Source: Alphaproteobacteria bacterium
GTDB lineage: Bacteria; Pseudomonadota; Alphaproteobacteria; UBA2136; JAPKEQ01
DNA: 64,000 nucleotides
Assembly: GCA_028821995.1 (NCBI GenBank)
Contig: JAPKEQ010000001.1
Coordinates: 5,620-69,619, forward strand
Direction of reading: 5' to 3'
Below the pieces are notes generated by a model, which was not told where the DNA came from, did not search any database, and was given only the letters and a program-made list of their open reading frames with translations. Position 1 is the stretch's first letter, and each line of letters starts with the position of its first letter. A program made the translations under genes and the position numbers. Shown piece by piece: positions 10,305 to 19,625 of the stretch.

Positions 10305-10318
10305 TACATATTCCCCTC

Positions 10319-11830
10319 CTATAAAACTCTCAATTTTGCATTTGGATCTACAACCATCTTCACTTTTTGTCCGGCGCGCACATTTTCTCCTTTATGCAAG
10401 CCGTTCAATAACCTAAACCATTCTTCCTGATATACATCAAATGGCAGCTCCTTTGAAAGGGTTTTTACGCTTTCACCGCGGCGTACAGTACGAATACCAA
10501 TATGCTGGCTTTTTATAAGCTTGCTTTGTCCTGGTGTAAGTTTTGCCATGGAGTTTGCCATCATATTTGCGGCAGCCATAATACTTTTATCAGCAGAGGC
10601 CTGGCCATTTCGCACCATTGCAACCACAAGAGCCGCTTTACCTGTTTTATTATGCTTACCAAGTGCCGCCACATAATGAACCTTCTTGCCGCTGGCTACG
10701 CCCTCAGCAACAGCCACCTGCAAAGGTGCATTTTTAATAACCTTCAAGCCGCTTGCGCCCTTAAGCACCTCCATCATTGCGGTTTTAATATCTGTATTAG
10801 TGGTAATTTTTTCAAAAACTTTGACATCTAATACAGCTTTTTTGTAAGGATCCACCGCCAGAGGCATACCATCCATACCATTCACAAGAAACTGCCTTGG
10901 AATATCAAAACGCACGCCATATGCTGGGCTCAAGTAGCGGTGCTGACTCACCACGCCTTCTTCAAGCTTTGGCCCAAAAGCAAGCCCATCAATCATTTTT
11001 AAGTAACGCTCTTGGTGATTACTCGCACGCGGGTTTACCCCAGCACTGCTTGCGGCCTGATTAATACGCGTCATATCATCGGGGTGGCTTGCAAGTGCGC
11101 GGTGAAACATACTCTTAGAGCCTGTCTCTCCTGCGCTTGCCATAATAGATTCATTCAGCTTGCCGTAAGCATCAAACATACGGAACACATCACTAGACTC
11201 AAACGCAGGGTAGCCAAGTTTTGACATATAGCGCACACCAAGCGTATCAGCTTCAAGCTCCTGCGCGCGGCTAAAGTGCGCCATACCAAATGGAATTGCA
11301 AAAGAAGCAGCTGTCATTGCGCCTCTTGCAAGGTCGCTACTATCTGTCTGTTCTGCTAGTGCATATGAGGCAATAAGCATTGCACCCGTTGTAAGGAGCT
11401 GTCTTGAATGACTACGGACATGGTGCTTACCTGTTACGTGCCCCACTTCATGGCCAAGTACAAACACCATCTCGGCTTCGTTTTGGAAAAACGGAAGAAT
11501 ACCACGAGAAACCATAACGTACCCCGGCACGGCAAATGCGTTCATAATAGGGTCATCAAGAAGCTCCGCTTCAAATGGTTTATCAGAGCGCTCCCCTACA
11601 GCAGCAATTCTTGCCACCCGGTCTCTTATGTAAGATGTAAGCTCTGGCTTGCCTTTGTACTGTCCGCCAAACTCTGTTACAGATTTTTTAGCAACGTCAC
11701 GCCCCATAGCAAACTCTTGCTGTTCACTCATAAGAGAGAGCATTCTATCTCCCGTGGCGGGATTTTGCTGAAGCCCACAAGCTCCAATAAGCATTGCAAG
11801 GCTCAGTGCCCCATACTGTCTGATTTTCAT
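10319..11830 (-). CDS. M48 family Zn metalloprotease lipoprotein with C-terminal LysM-like region
   Basis: NAFAVPG, HEVGH, ELEADTLG, SHP motifs; lipobox IGAC; start moved to ATG 11830. Confidence 0.9.
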   Translation of the reverse strand: MKIRQYGALSLAMLIGACGLQQNPATGDRMLSLMSEQQEFAMGRDVAKKSVTEFGGQYKGKPELTSYIRDRVARIAAVGERSDKPFEAELLDDPIMNAFAVPGYVMVSRGILPFFQNEAEMVFVLGHEVGHVTGKHHVRSHSRQLLTTGAMLIASYALAEQTDSSDLARGAMTAASFAIPFGMAHFSRAQELEADTLGVRYMSKLGYPAFESSDVFRMFDAYGKLNESIMASAGETGSKSMFHRALASHPDDMTRINQAASSAGVNPRASNHQERYLKMIDGLAFGPKLEEGVVSQHRYLSPAYGVRFDIPRQFLVNGMDGMPLAVDPYKKAVLDVKVFEKITTNTDIKTAMMEVLKGASGLKVIKNAPLQVAVAEGVASGKKVHYVAALGKHNKTGKAALVVAMVRNGQASADKSIMAAANMMANSMAKLTPGQSKLIKSQHIGIRTVRRGESVKTLSKELPFDVYQEEWFRLLNGLHKGENVRAGQKVKMVVDPNAKLRVL

Positions 11831-11846
11831 CTGACGGATTCCTTGT

Positions 11847-12323
11847 TTATTTGCCGAGAACATATTTTGAAATATCTGTCATGTCACAGTTCATTGCACC
11901 TGCAATAGATACAACTGTACCCATTTCAGCGTAGAGAGCTGCATTTTTAACCTGATCTTTTGAAGACACTTTTCTAAGAAGCTGCTTCACACGGTTTAAG
12001 TGATCATCGCACTGCACTTTGCCGCCGCCAACACTACCGCCAAAAACTTCTGCCACAACAGATGCATCAGATTGAGCGCCTTTACCATTACAACTTGCTT
12101 TTGCTTTTTCTGCCGCCCCGCGGACAAGTTGCTCAATACGGTCTGTACTATAAAGTCCATACCCATCTGTATCATAACCAATAGGACGACCAAGGTACGC
12201 TTCAAAAGGGTTAGGTTGACGCTCTACGCCCACACGCTTCTTAACCGTTGTTCTATCCGCAGCATACGCGTTTGCAGCCATGCAAAGCGTGATACCCATA
12301 CATACGTAAACACATTTCTTCAT
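11847..12323 (-). CDS. Hypothetical exported protein
   Basis: Signal-peptide-like MKKCVYV...AYA from ATG 12323; overlaps upstream region of the M48 gene. Confidence 0.6.
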   Translation of the reverse strand: MKKCVYVCMGITLCMAANAYAADRTTVKKRVGVERQPNPFEAYLGRPIGYDTDGYGLYSTDRIEQLVRGAAEKAKASCNGKGAQSDASVVAEVFGGSVGGGKVQCDDHLNRVKQLLRKVSSKDQVKNAALYAEMGTVVSIAGAMNCDMTDISKYVLGK

Positions 12324-12445
12324 GGGCTCTACTATACTGCACTTCATCTGTTTAAACAAAGAAAGAAAACCATGCTTGAGACTGTTTATAAAGACGTGTA
12401 AGATACACTTCATAAAAATTATAAAAACAAGAAGGCATATACCTT

Positions 12446-14152
12446 ATGCATAAGCATGACATGTTGATTGTCGGCGCTGGCCTTGCGGGTCTTCGCGCTG
12501 CATTTGAAGGCATCACAGCTGGTCTCAGCGTTGCCGTTATCACTAAAGTTCACCCACTTCGTTCTCACTCTTGCGCAGCCCAGGGCGGTGTAAATGCCGC
12601 AATTAACAAACAAGATAACTGGGAAGATCATGCCTACGATACGGTAAAGGGATCTGACTACCTTGGTGACCAAGACTCAATCGACATTATGTGTAAAGAA
12701 GCGCCTCAAGCCGTACTCGACCTTGACGACATGGGCTGCCCATTCTCACGCGAAGACGATGGTTCGATTGCACAGCGCGCCTTTGGCGGAGCAAGCTTCC
12801 CACGTACAGCTTACGCAGCTGACCGTACAGGCCATGCTATGCTTCACACACTTTGGGAGCAATCTATTAAAAACGGCGTACAAGTTTTTGACGAATACCA
12901 CCTTCTTGAAATTACCGTAGATAAAAAAAGCGGCCGCGCATCTGGCGCTATTGCTGTAAACATCGCAACAGGTAAAATTGAGCAATTCGCCTCTAAGTCT
13001 ATTCTGATTGCAACTGGTGGCTATGGCCGCCTGTTCCACTCTAATACAAACGCCATGATCAACACTGGTGATGGGATTGCCCTTGCCATGAAAGCAGGTG
13101 CACCTGCCGCTGATCTTGAATTTGTTCAGTTCCACCCAACGGGGCTTAAATCATCAGGTATCCTCATTAGTGAGGGTGTACGTGGTGAAGGGGCTTACCT
13201 GATTGGCAAAGACGGTAAACGCTTTATGCAGAAGTACGCACCTAATAAGCTTGAACTAGCTTCACGCGATGTTGTTTCTCGCTCTGAAATGATGGAAATT
13301 ATGAACGGTAATGGCGAAGACGGCGCTATTTTCCTGGATGTACGCCACCTTGGTAAAGAGCTCATCCTTGAGCGTCTGCCACAAATTCGTCAGCTTTCAA
13401 TTGATTTTGAAGGCGTTGATCCCATTGATGCGCCAATTCCAGTTAAGCCAACATGCCACTACACAATGGGCGGTATCCGCACAGATAAACTTGGCATGAG
13501 CAACTACCTCCCTGGCCTCTTTGCTGCAGGTGAAGCTGCTTGTGTGAGCGTACACGGCTCAAACCGCCTTGGGGCTAATTCTCTGCTTGAAGGTATTGTG
13601 TTTGGTAAAATTACCGGAAAAGAAATGGTGCGCTACATGACTGAAGAAGGCAAAGCGCAACCAGCAACTGATACATCTGATCTTGCAAACGTCCAGCGCG
13701 ATGTAGCGAACCTGAAAGCTCGCAAAAAAGAAGGCGGCGTGCGCGCGCATGATATTCGTGAGAAGCTGACAAAAGACCTTGATATGTACTGCAACGTTTT
13801 CCGTGAGGAAAAAACGCTTCTTAAAGCACGTAAATCTGTAGAAAAAGCCAAGAGTGATTTTGAAAAAGTTTACGTGGACGATAAAGCAGATGAATTCAAC
13901 ACGGATCTCCTTACAACAATTGAGCTTGGTAACCTTATTATCCTTGCAGAAGGTACTGTTGAAAGCGCTATTGCACGTAAAGAATCTCGCGGTGCACATA
14001 CACGTGAAGAGTACCCAGATCGTGATGATGAAAACTGGATGAAACACTCTATTGCAAGCTGGAACCACAACAAAAATGGTATTGAGCTAGACTACGAAGA
14101 AGTACGTACAACAGGTAACCCTAAATACGCGCCTGCAGTACGTAGCTATTAA
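12446..14152 (+). CDS. sdhA: Succinate dehydrogenase/fumarate reductase flavoprotein subunit
   Basis: GAGLAG, RSHSCAAQGG (covalent FAD His), QFHPTG, ELASRDVVSR, HGSNRLGANSL. Confidence 0.95.
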   Translation: MHKHDMLIVGAGLAGLRAAFEGITAGLSVAVITKVHPLRSHSCAAQGGVNAAINKQDNWEDHAYDTVKGSDYLGDQDSIDIMCKEAPQAVLDLDDMGCPFSREDDGSIAQRAFGGASFPRTAYAADRTGHAMLHTLWEQSIKNGVQVFDEYHLLEITVDKKSGRASGAIAVNIATGKIEQFASKSILIATGGYGRLFHSNTNAMINTGDGIALAMKAGAPAADLEFVQFHPTGLKSSGILISEGVRGEGAYLIGKDGKRFMQKYAPNKLELASRDVVSRSEMMEIMNGNGEDGAIFLDVRHLGKELILERLPQIRQLSIDFEGVDPIDAPIPVKPTCHYTMGGIRTDKLGMSNYLPGLFAAGEAACVSVHGSNRLGANSLLEGIVFGKITGKEMVRYMTEEGKAQPATDTSDLANVQRDVANLKARKKEGGVRAHDIREKLTKDLDMYCNVFREEKTLLKARKSVEKAKSDFEKVYVDDKADEFNTDLLTTIELGNLIILAEGTVESAIARKESRGAHTREEYPDRDDENWMKHSIASWNHNKNGIELDYEEVRTTGNPKYAPAVRSY

Positions 14153-14183
14153 ACACATATAAAAACAAGGAAAGGGCAAACCC

Positions 14184-14645
14184 ATGCTTGACCAAATTAA
14201 AGAACAAAATAAATGTATCCGTGAGCTGCTATTCACAGTACTTGAAACACTCAGCGGCGTACTGGTTGCAGGTGCCCTTATCCTTATCTTCTTTGGAACA
14301 TGGGTTACAACTGGCGGCTTTATTGTCGGCTTTATTTCTGCTGTTGTGACAGCTGCTATCGCCTTTGTTGCTTTTGCATTCACATTCGGAATTCTGTTCA
14401 TGATGATGGATATTAAAGAAAATTCTGAGCGTACAGCCGTTGCTATGGAAAAGCTAGCTGGCATGACTGAAGCCTCTCAAAAAGCGGCAGCAAAGCCAGC
14501 GTCTAGCAAAACTGCTGCAAAGCCTATTGCTAAACCTGCAGTTAAAAAAGCAGCGCCTAAAAAAGTGGCTACTAAGAAGCCCGTTGCCAAGAAGGCGCCT
14601 GCTAAAAAGCCAGCAACTAAAAAAGCCCCTGCTAAGAAAAAGTAA
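14184..14645 (+). CDS. Membrane protein with Lys/Ala/Pro-rich histone-H1-like tail
   Basis: Two hydrophobic segments, then KKAAPKKVATKKPVAKKAPAKK repeats. Confidence 0.8.
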   Translation: MLDQIKEQNKCIRELLFTVLETLSGVLVAGALILIFFGTWVTTGGFIVGFISAVVTAAIAFVAFAFTFGILFMMMDIKENSERTAVAMEKLAGMTEASQKAAAKPASSKTAAKPIAKPAVKKAAPKKVATKKPVAKKAPAKKPATKKAPAKKK

Positions 14646-14662
14646 TTTTTCATAAAGCATAC

Positions 14663-14691
14663 AAAAAGCCCTCCTTTACGGAGGGCTTTTT
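14663..14691. terminator. Bidirectional terminator
   Basis: AAAAAGCCCTCC-TTTAC-GGAGGGCTTTTT between convergent genes. Confidence 0.85.
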
Positions 14692-14699
14692 CGATTGTA

Positions 14700-15002
14700 T
14701 TAAAATGCGCCCACATGAGAAATCATCTCAAAAACGGCCAAGAGCATAAGGGCTAGGCAACTTAAAGAAAGTGCGGCAAACATCCCAAAGAATGATGCAA
14801 ACCATTTTAGGGTATCATTAGGCTTGAAACGATGCCAAACCAACAAAATCAAAGTCAAAATAATTGTTGGCCATAAATAAAATGCAGGCACAATCAAAAG
14901 CAAGCCCTGCATATTTGCAGTATCAGAAGATGATGCAAAAACATAAACCAGCAAGGCAACGGAAGCGACAACGCCAATAATCGGCATAATCCAATATTTC
15001 AT
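14700..15002 (-). CDS. Small 3-TM hypothetical membrane protein (accessory unit)
   Basis: ATG 15002 behind AGGAG SD and conserved leader; TTGACA at 15079-15074. Confidence 0.7.
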   Translation of the reverse strand: MKYWIMPIIGVVASVALLVYVFASSSDTANMQGLLLIVPAFYLWPTIILTLILLVWHRFKPNDTLKWFASFFGMFAALSLSCLALMLLAVFEMISHVGAF

Positions 15003-15089
15003 GAGATAAACTCCTGAGAAAATGTGAAGAAAAGATATCAATCACCACAACAAGTATACAACATAATTAACTATGTCAAATATATATGC

Positions 15090-15118
15090 AAAAAGCCCCT
15101 GAAATTCAGAGGCTTTTT
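15090..15118 (-). terminator. Intrinsic terminator
   Basis: AAAAAGCCCCTGAA-A-TTCAGAGGCTTTTT. Confidence 0.75.
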
Positions 15119-15127
15119 GTACGTCGA

Positions 15128-15505
15128 TTAAAATCCGCTTCCAAAAATAAAAGACAAGACAGCACCAATCAAAGTGCCAATCACATATCCAGCAGGCAGA
15201 CCAATAATGGAACCTACCCATCCCCATATATAATTTGGCTTTAACTTATGGCCAATAAAAGGGATAATCAATGTTAAAGGGATCCAAAAACCACCACCAA
15301 GCACAATGAAAATAATGGCCTCATCCCAGCTATCACGAGAAGAAATCACAGAAAGTGTCAGCGCCAAACCACTCATTAAACCGAAAACAGGCAAAATCCA
15401 ATACAAGCCTTGATGAGGGTTTTTCAGAACAGCAATGCCGTTCCCCCAAATCAGCCAACCAGAAAAAAGCCCAAGGGCTAGAATAAAAAGAATAAGAATC
15501 ATCAT
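15128..15505 (-). CDS. Small 4-TM hypothetical membrane protein (accessory unit)
   Basis: Hydrophobic 125 aa; TTGACA-17-TAAATT promoter at 15584-15556; GGGAG SD; shares KPN-x-x-x-W with the neighbouring gene. Confidence 0.72.
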   Translation of the reverse strand: MMILILFILALGLFSGWLIWGNGIAVLKNPHQGLYWILPVFGLMSGLALTLSVISSRDSWDEAIIFIVLGGGFWIPLTLIIPFIGHKLKPNYIWGWVGSIIGLPAGYVIGTLIGAVLSFIFGSGF

Positions 15506-15636
15506 AGAAAAAACTCCCGAGAAAAAACGTAACGGAAAGATGTAAATTTCACCCCAATTTACGCAATAGGGTTTCTGCTGTCAAACAGATGATTAAAAAA
15601 CAAAAAGCCTCCGTAAAATACAGAGGCTTTTTTCGC

Positions 15637-16131
15637 TTAACCTTTACGGCTGTTCCAAAAGGCAAAGGCTTTTACGTAGCCATCGCGGCGCATGGGATCA
15701 ACATCCTTCATAATATCTTCAGGCTTCACCCAATTGCTGGCACGGAATTCTTTGTCCTGCGCCGTGGTCACATCAATCGCGTCTTTATCGCCTGTATAAC
15801 GGAAAAAGAACCATTGGTGGCAAGCGCCTTTCAGGTGCGCGCACTCAGGCTTGCGCTTCAGCATGCGTTCTTTAAAGTCAGCAGGCCAATCGTAAGAGGT
15901 CCAAAAGTCGGATGCCCCCAGTTGAACAAGGTCAGTTTCAACAACAGAGGTTTCTTCAAACAGTTCACGCACCACAGCGTCATAAGCATCTTCGCCCACG
16001 TCAACGCCGCCTTGCGGTAACTGCCAAGAACCAGGGCTATCTGCACGTTCAGCAACAAACACATGGCCGTTATCATCAAATAAAACAGCAATGGCGCCGG
16101 GGCGGTAATTTTTAAGATCAGGATTTTGCAT
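15637..16131 (-). CDS. rppH: RNA pyrophosphohydrolase (Nudix)
   Basis: YRP, WQLPQGGVD, Nudix box RELFEET, QWFFFRY; start moved to 16131. Confidence 0.9.
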   Translation of the reverse strand: MQNPDLKNYRPGAIAVLFDDNGHVFVAERADSPGSWQLPQGGVDVGEDAYDAVVRELFEETSVVETDLVQLGASDFWTSYDWPADFKERMLKRKPECAHLKGACHQWFFFRYTGDKDAIDVTTAQDKEFRASNWVKPEDIMKDVDPMRRDGYVKAFAFWNSRKG

Positions 16132-16242
16132 ATTCGCTTTCCTCTCATAATATTTGTAAAAGATAGACATAAGATATCAGAACTTTCTTCTTTATAGAGA
16201 ATTTTTCTAGACCTTGCAAGCTGTGCGCATTACATTGTTTTC

Positions 16243-16941
16243 ATGGAATTTACAACGCAGCTCATTAAAGGCACCTTCATTAAGCGCTATAAGCGTTTTT
16301 TTGTAGATGCAAAGCTTGAAAATGGTGAAACTATTGTGGCGCACTGCCCCAATACAGGCTCCATGAAGGGACTTATCCTTGAGGGTGCGCCTGTTTACTT
16401 AACCCCAAACGACGACCCGAAGCGTAAACTTAAATACACTTTTGAGATGATTGATGCAGGCACAAGCCTTGTGGGCGTAAACACGTCTCTACCCAATAAG
16501 GTTGTTGAAGAGGGCGTTGAAAAAGATTTGATTCCTGCGCTTCTTGGTTATTCAAATATCAGGCGTGAAGTAAAATATGGCGAGAATAGCCGCATTGATT
16601 TGCTGCTTGAATCTAAAGGTAAACCTAAATGCTATGTGGAAGTTAAAAACACAACCCTTGCAGAAGGCAAAACCGCTCTCTTCCCAGATTCAGTCACAAG
16701 TCGTGGCACAAAACACCTGCTTGAACTTGCTGAGATGGTAAAACAAGGGCACCGCTCTGTAATGGTATTTCTCTGCAACCGTGCAGACTGTGAAGAATTT
16801 AGCGTGGCTGATGAGATTGATAAGGTGTATGGCGAAACCTTTAGGTCTGTGTTAAAAGAAGGTGTTGAGGCAGTTTGCATGAAGGTACGCATCAGCCCAA
16901 ACGAAATTATTATTGATAAAGAAATTCCAATTAAGGTTTAA
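16243..16941 (+). CDS. sfsA: DNA/RNA nuclease SfsA
   Basis: KRYKRF, AHCPNTGSM, SRIDLLL, YVEVK, FPDSVTSRGTKHL. Confidence 0.96.
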   Translation: MEFTTQLIKGTFIKRYKRFFVDAKLENGETIVAHCPNTGSMKGLILEGAPVYLTPNDDPKRKLKYTFEMIDAGTSLVGVNTSLPNKVVEEGVEKDLIPALLGYSNIRREVKYGENSRIDLLLESKGKPKCYVEVKNTTLAEGKTALFPDSVTSRGTKHLLELAEMVKQGHRSVMVFLCNRADCEEFSVADEIDKVYGETFRSVLKEGVEAVCMKVRISPNEIIIDKEIPIKV

Positions 16942-16946
16942 ATATT

Positions 16947-17735
16947 GTGCGCATCAAACCAAAGAACAGTGTAGAACTCAAAAAAATGGCAGCAGCAAGC
17001 GAACTTGCCGCACGTACGCTGGATATGATCACCCCGCATATTAAGCCGGGTATTAGCACTGAGAAAATTGATCAGCTTTGCCATGAATTCATGATCAAAC
17101 ATAATGCTGTGCCTGCAACACTTGGGTATAGAGGCTTCCCTAAATCTTGCTGCACCAGCATCAACGATGTCATTTGCCACGGCATCCCTTCTGAAAAAGA
17201 TATTTTAAAGGATGGCGATATCATCAATGTAGATGTCACGGCTATTCTTGATGGCTATCACGGCGATACCTCTCGCATGTATCCTGTTGGAGATGTGAGC
17301 GAAGAGAATCGCCTCCTTATGCGCACGGCATATACCTGCATGATGGACGCCATTGATACTGTTAAAAGTGGTAGTTTCCTTGATGAAATCGGGAAAACAA
17401 TTCAAACTAAAGCTGAGGCACTTGGTTATGGCGTTGTCCGCGATTATTGCGGCCATGGCCTTGGGCGCGTTTTCCATGAAGACCCGATGGTGCTTCACTA
17501 CTACAGCGGCGACCCGCGCCAACATATCCGCTTGCGTAAAGGTTCAACATTCACCATTGAACCGATGATTAACATTGGCACATTTGATGGCGAAGTTATG
17601 GAAGATGACTGGACTGTGCGCACCAAAGACCGCAAAAATAGCGCCCAATACGAGCACACCATTGCCGTGACTGAGGGCGGGTCTGATATTCTGACCAAAT
17701 CGCCTGAGGGTTATACAGATAATTTAGACCTTTAA
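16947..17735 (+). CDS. map: Methionine aminopeptidase type I
   Basis: CHGIP, GYHGDTSRM, GHGLG..FHEDP, FTIEPMIN, AQYEHT. Confidence 0.98.
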   Translation: MRIKPKNSVELKKMAAASELAARTLDMITPHIKPGISTEKIDQLCHEFMIKHNAVPATLGYRGFPKSCCTSINDVICHGIPSEKDILKDGDIINVDVTAILDGYHGDTSRMYPVGDVSEENRLLMRTAYTCMMDAIDTVKSGSFLDEIGKTIQTKAEALGYGVVRDYCGHGLGRVFHEDPMVLHYYSGDPRQHIRLRKGSTFTIEPMINIGTFDGEVMEDDWTVRTKDRKNSAQYEHTIAVTEGGSDILTKSPEGYTDNLDL

Positions 17736-17839
17736 AAAAATCCCGCTCATGTAGCGGGGATTTTCTTTTCTACTTCCCCCTATTATTTCAGTAACCGTTT
17801 AGGTTGCGTTTAAGTGCAAGGCTATGTATTTTAAATGCT

Positions 17840-18538
17840 ATGAAACCTCTTAAAGTCAAAGAACAAAAAAGCCATTTTGAAGGCCACCGCGCGCGCCTGA
17901 AGGATCGTTTCGCCTCCCTTGGCGTCGACGGCCTTGCGGATTACGAGCTTTTAGAGCTTCTCCTCACTTACGCTATTCCGCGCCGAGACGTTAAACCTAT
18001 TGCCAAAGGCCTTATTTTGCATTTTGGATCTCTTGCTAAAGTATTTGAAGCTGAAAAACACGAACTGACTGAAGTAGATGGCATCGGCGACCACGTAGCC
18101 GCCCTTCTTATTTTATGCAGCGCTCTTGGGGTTCATACCAGCAAATCAAAGCTGCAAGAAAAACCCCACATGAATAATCTTGACGCAGTAATTCAATACC
18201 TTCACTCCCGCATGGATAGTCTAAAGCATGAAGAATTCCATGCCTTATTCTTTGATGCTAAAAATGGCCTTATCGCAGATGAAACGCTCTTTAAAGGATC
18301 AACAACAGGCTCTGCGGTTTACCCTAAAGAAGTGATTCGTAAGGCACTGGCCCATGGCGCATCAGCTCTTATCATCGCCCATAATCACCCGAGCGGAGAC
18401 ACATCGCCAAGCCCAGAAGACGAAGAAGTGACCATGCGCATTGCACAGGCTGGCATGATTATGGACATTACCCTCCACGATCATCTGATTATTGGCAAAA
18501 AAGGTCATTACAGCTTTGCAGAGAATGGTAAACTGTAA
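17840..18538 (+). CDS. radC: RadC/JAB-domain protein
   Basis: GHRARL, DYELLELLL, AHNHPSGD, LHDHLIIG. Confidence 0.95.
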   Translation: MKPLKVKEQKSHFEGHRARLKDRFASLGVDGLADYELLELLLTYAIPRRDVKPIAKGLILHFGSLAKVFEAEKHELTEVDGIGDHVAALLILCSALGVHTSKSKLQEKPHMNNLDAVIQYLHSRMDSLKHEEFHALFFDAKNGLIADETLFKGSTTGSAVYPKEVIRKALAHGASALIIAHNHPSGDTSPSPEDEEVTMRIAQAGMIMDITLHDHLIIGKKGHYSFAENGKL

Positions 18539-18577
18539 CAGCTTGTCTTTTCCTTAAATTTCTCTTACATTAACTTC

Positions 18578-18835
18578 ATGATGATGACAGTAGACGATGT
18601 AAAGAACTCTTTAACCTCTGCATTGCCAGAGGCTTGGATTCAAGTAGAAAGCCCAGACGACGTGCACTTTAGTGCTGTTGTTGTGTGTGATAGCTTTGAA
18701 GGTAAAACGCGCGTAGCGCGCCACCGTGATGTGTACGCAGCACTTGGTAATGCTTTTGATGGCCCTCTTCATGCTCTCGGCCTTACAACCCTTACGCCAG
18801 CGCAAGCCAAAGAGCGCGGCATTGAACTTTCTTAA
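18578..18835 (+). CDS. BolA/IbaG family protein
   Basis: HFSAVVV..FEGKTRVARHRDVY..LHAL; adjacent to Grx4. Confidence 0.92.
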   Translation: MMMTVDDVKNSLTSALPEAWIQVESPDDVHFSAVVVCDSFEGKTRVARHRDVYAALGNAFDGPLHALGLTTLTPAQAKERGIELS

Positions 18836-18852
18836 TTTAAGGATTTAAAATT

Positions 18853-19170
18853 ATGGACGCAAAAACACAGATCGAAACAATGATCAAAGAAAACCCAATC
18901 ATGCTTTTCATGAAGGGCGAAAAAGACATGCCAATGTGCGGATTTAGCGCGCAAGTGGTAAAAATCATGAACCTCTGCGGCGCTGAATTTACAAGCTTTA
19001 ACGTGCTTGATGATGATGGTGTACGCGAAGGCATTAAAGAATTTTCAAACTGGCCAACAATTCCTCAACTTTACGTAAATGGCGAATTTATTGGCGGATG
19101 CGACATCTGCACAGAAATGTATGGGGACGGTGAACTGCAAGAAGTTCTCGAAGGCGCTAAAGCTGCATAA
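18853..19170 (+). CDS. grxD: Monothiol glutaredoxin Grx4
   Basis: CGFS, WPTIPQLYVNGEFIGGCDI. Confidence 0.97.
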   Translation: MDAKTQIETMIKENPIMLFMKGEKDMPMCGFSAQVVKIMNLCGAEFTSFNVLDDDGVREGIKEFSNWPTIPQLYVNGEFIGGCDICTEMYGDGELQEVLEGAKAA

Positions 19171-19304
19171 AGCAGACTTTCTCTTTCAAAGCCCCTCTTT
19201 TTAAAGGAGGGGCTTTTGATTTGACAGACGCTTCATGGAAAGGTAGGTTCAAGAAGATTTATATATGTCTTCCGTTTCCCCTCTCTTTTTAGGAGTCTTT
19301 AAAC

Positions 19305-19553
19305 ATGCTACCTCAAACACCCTCACCGCGACCATTAAGCGATCCTGCCGGCAACAAACCTTACTTCCTTACCCAGTTCACGTCTCTTGTGAACAGCCTG
19401 GACATTCCGCAGCAAGCGCGCAACAACATGATAGGTGAAACCCATCAAATGATGGGAAAAGAAATTGGAAAATGGATTATCCAGCTTGAACACTACAAAG
19501 CGCAAGATCCTAAAGTAATCCGCCTTATCGGCGAACGCTACAACACAGAATAA
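19305..19553 (+). CDS. Hypothetical protein (accessory unit)
   Basis: TTGACA-17-TAGGTT at 19221-19249, pyrimidine leader, AGGAG SD, own terminator. Confidence 0.65.
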   Translation: MLPQTPSPRPLSDPAGNKPYFLTQFTSLVNSLDIPQQARNNMIGETHQMMGKEIGKWIIQLEHYKAQDPKVIRLIGERYNTE

Positions 19554-19625
19554 TCGATTTTTCAGACCCTGCTTTTTCAAAGGCAGGGTTTGGTGTTTTT
19601 AAAAAGTTCTGTCATACTTATTTAC

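Noticed and set aside
14663..15633. Classical integron cassette array
   Set aside because: No intI, no RYYYAAC/GTTRRRY attC cores, and each gene has its own promoter
17840..18538. radC as a marker of a mobile element
   Set aside because: Full-length chromosomal type in the usual sfsA-map-radC context
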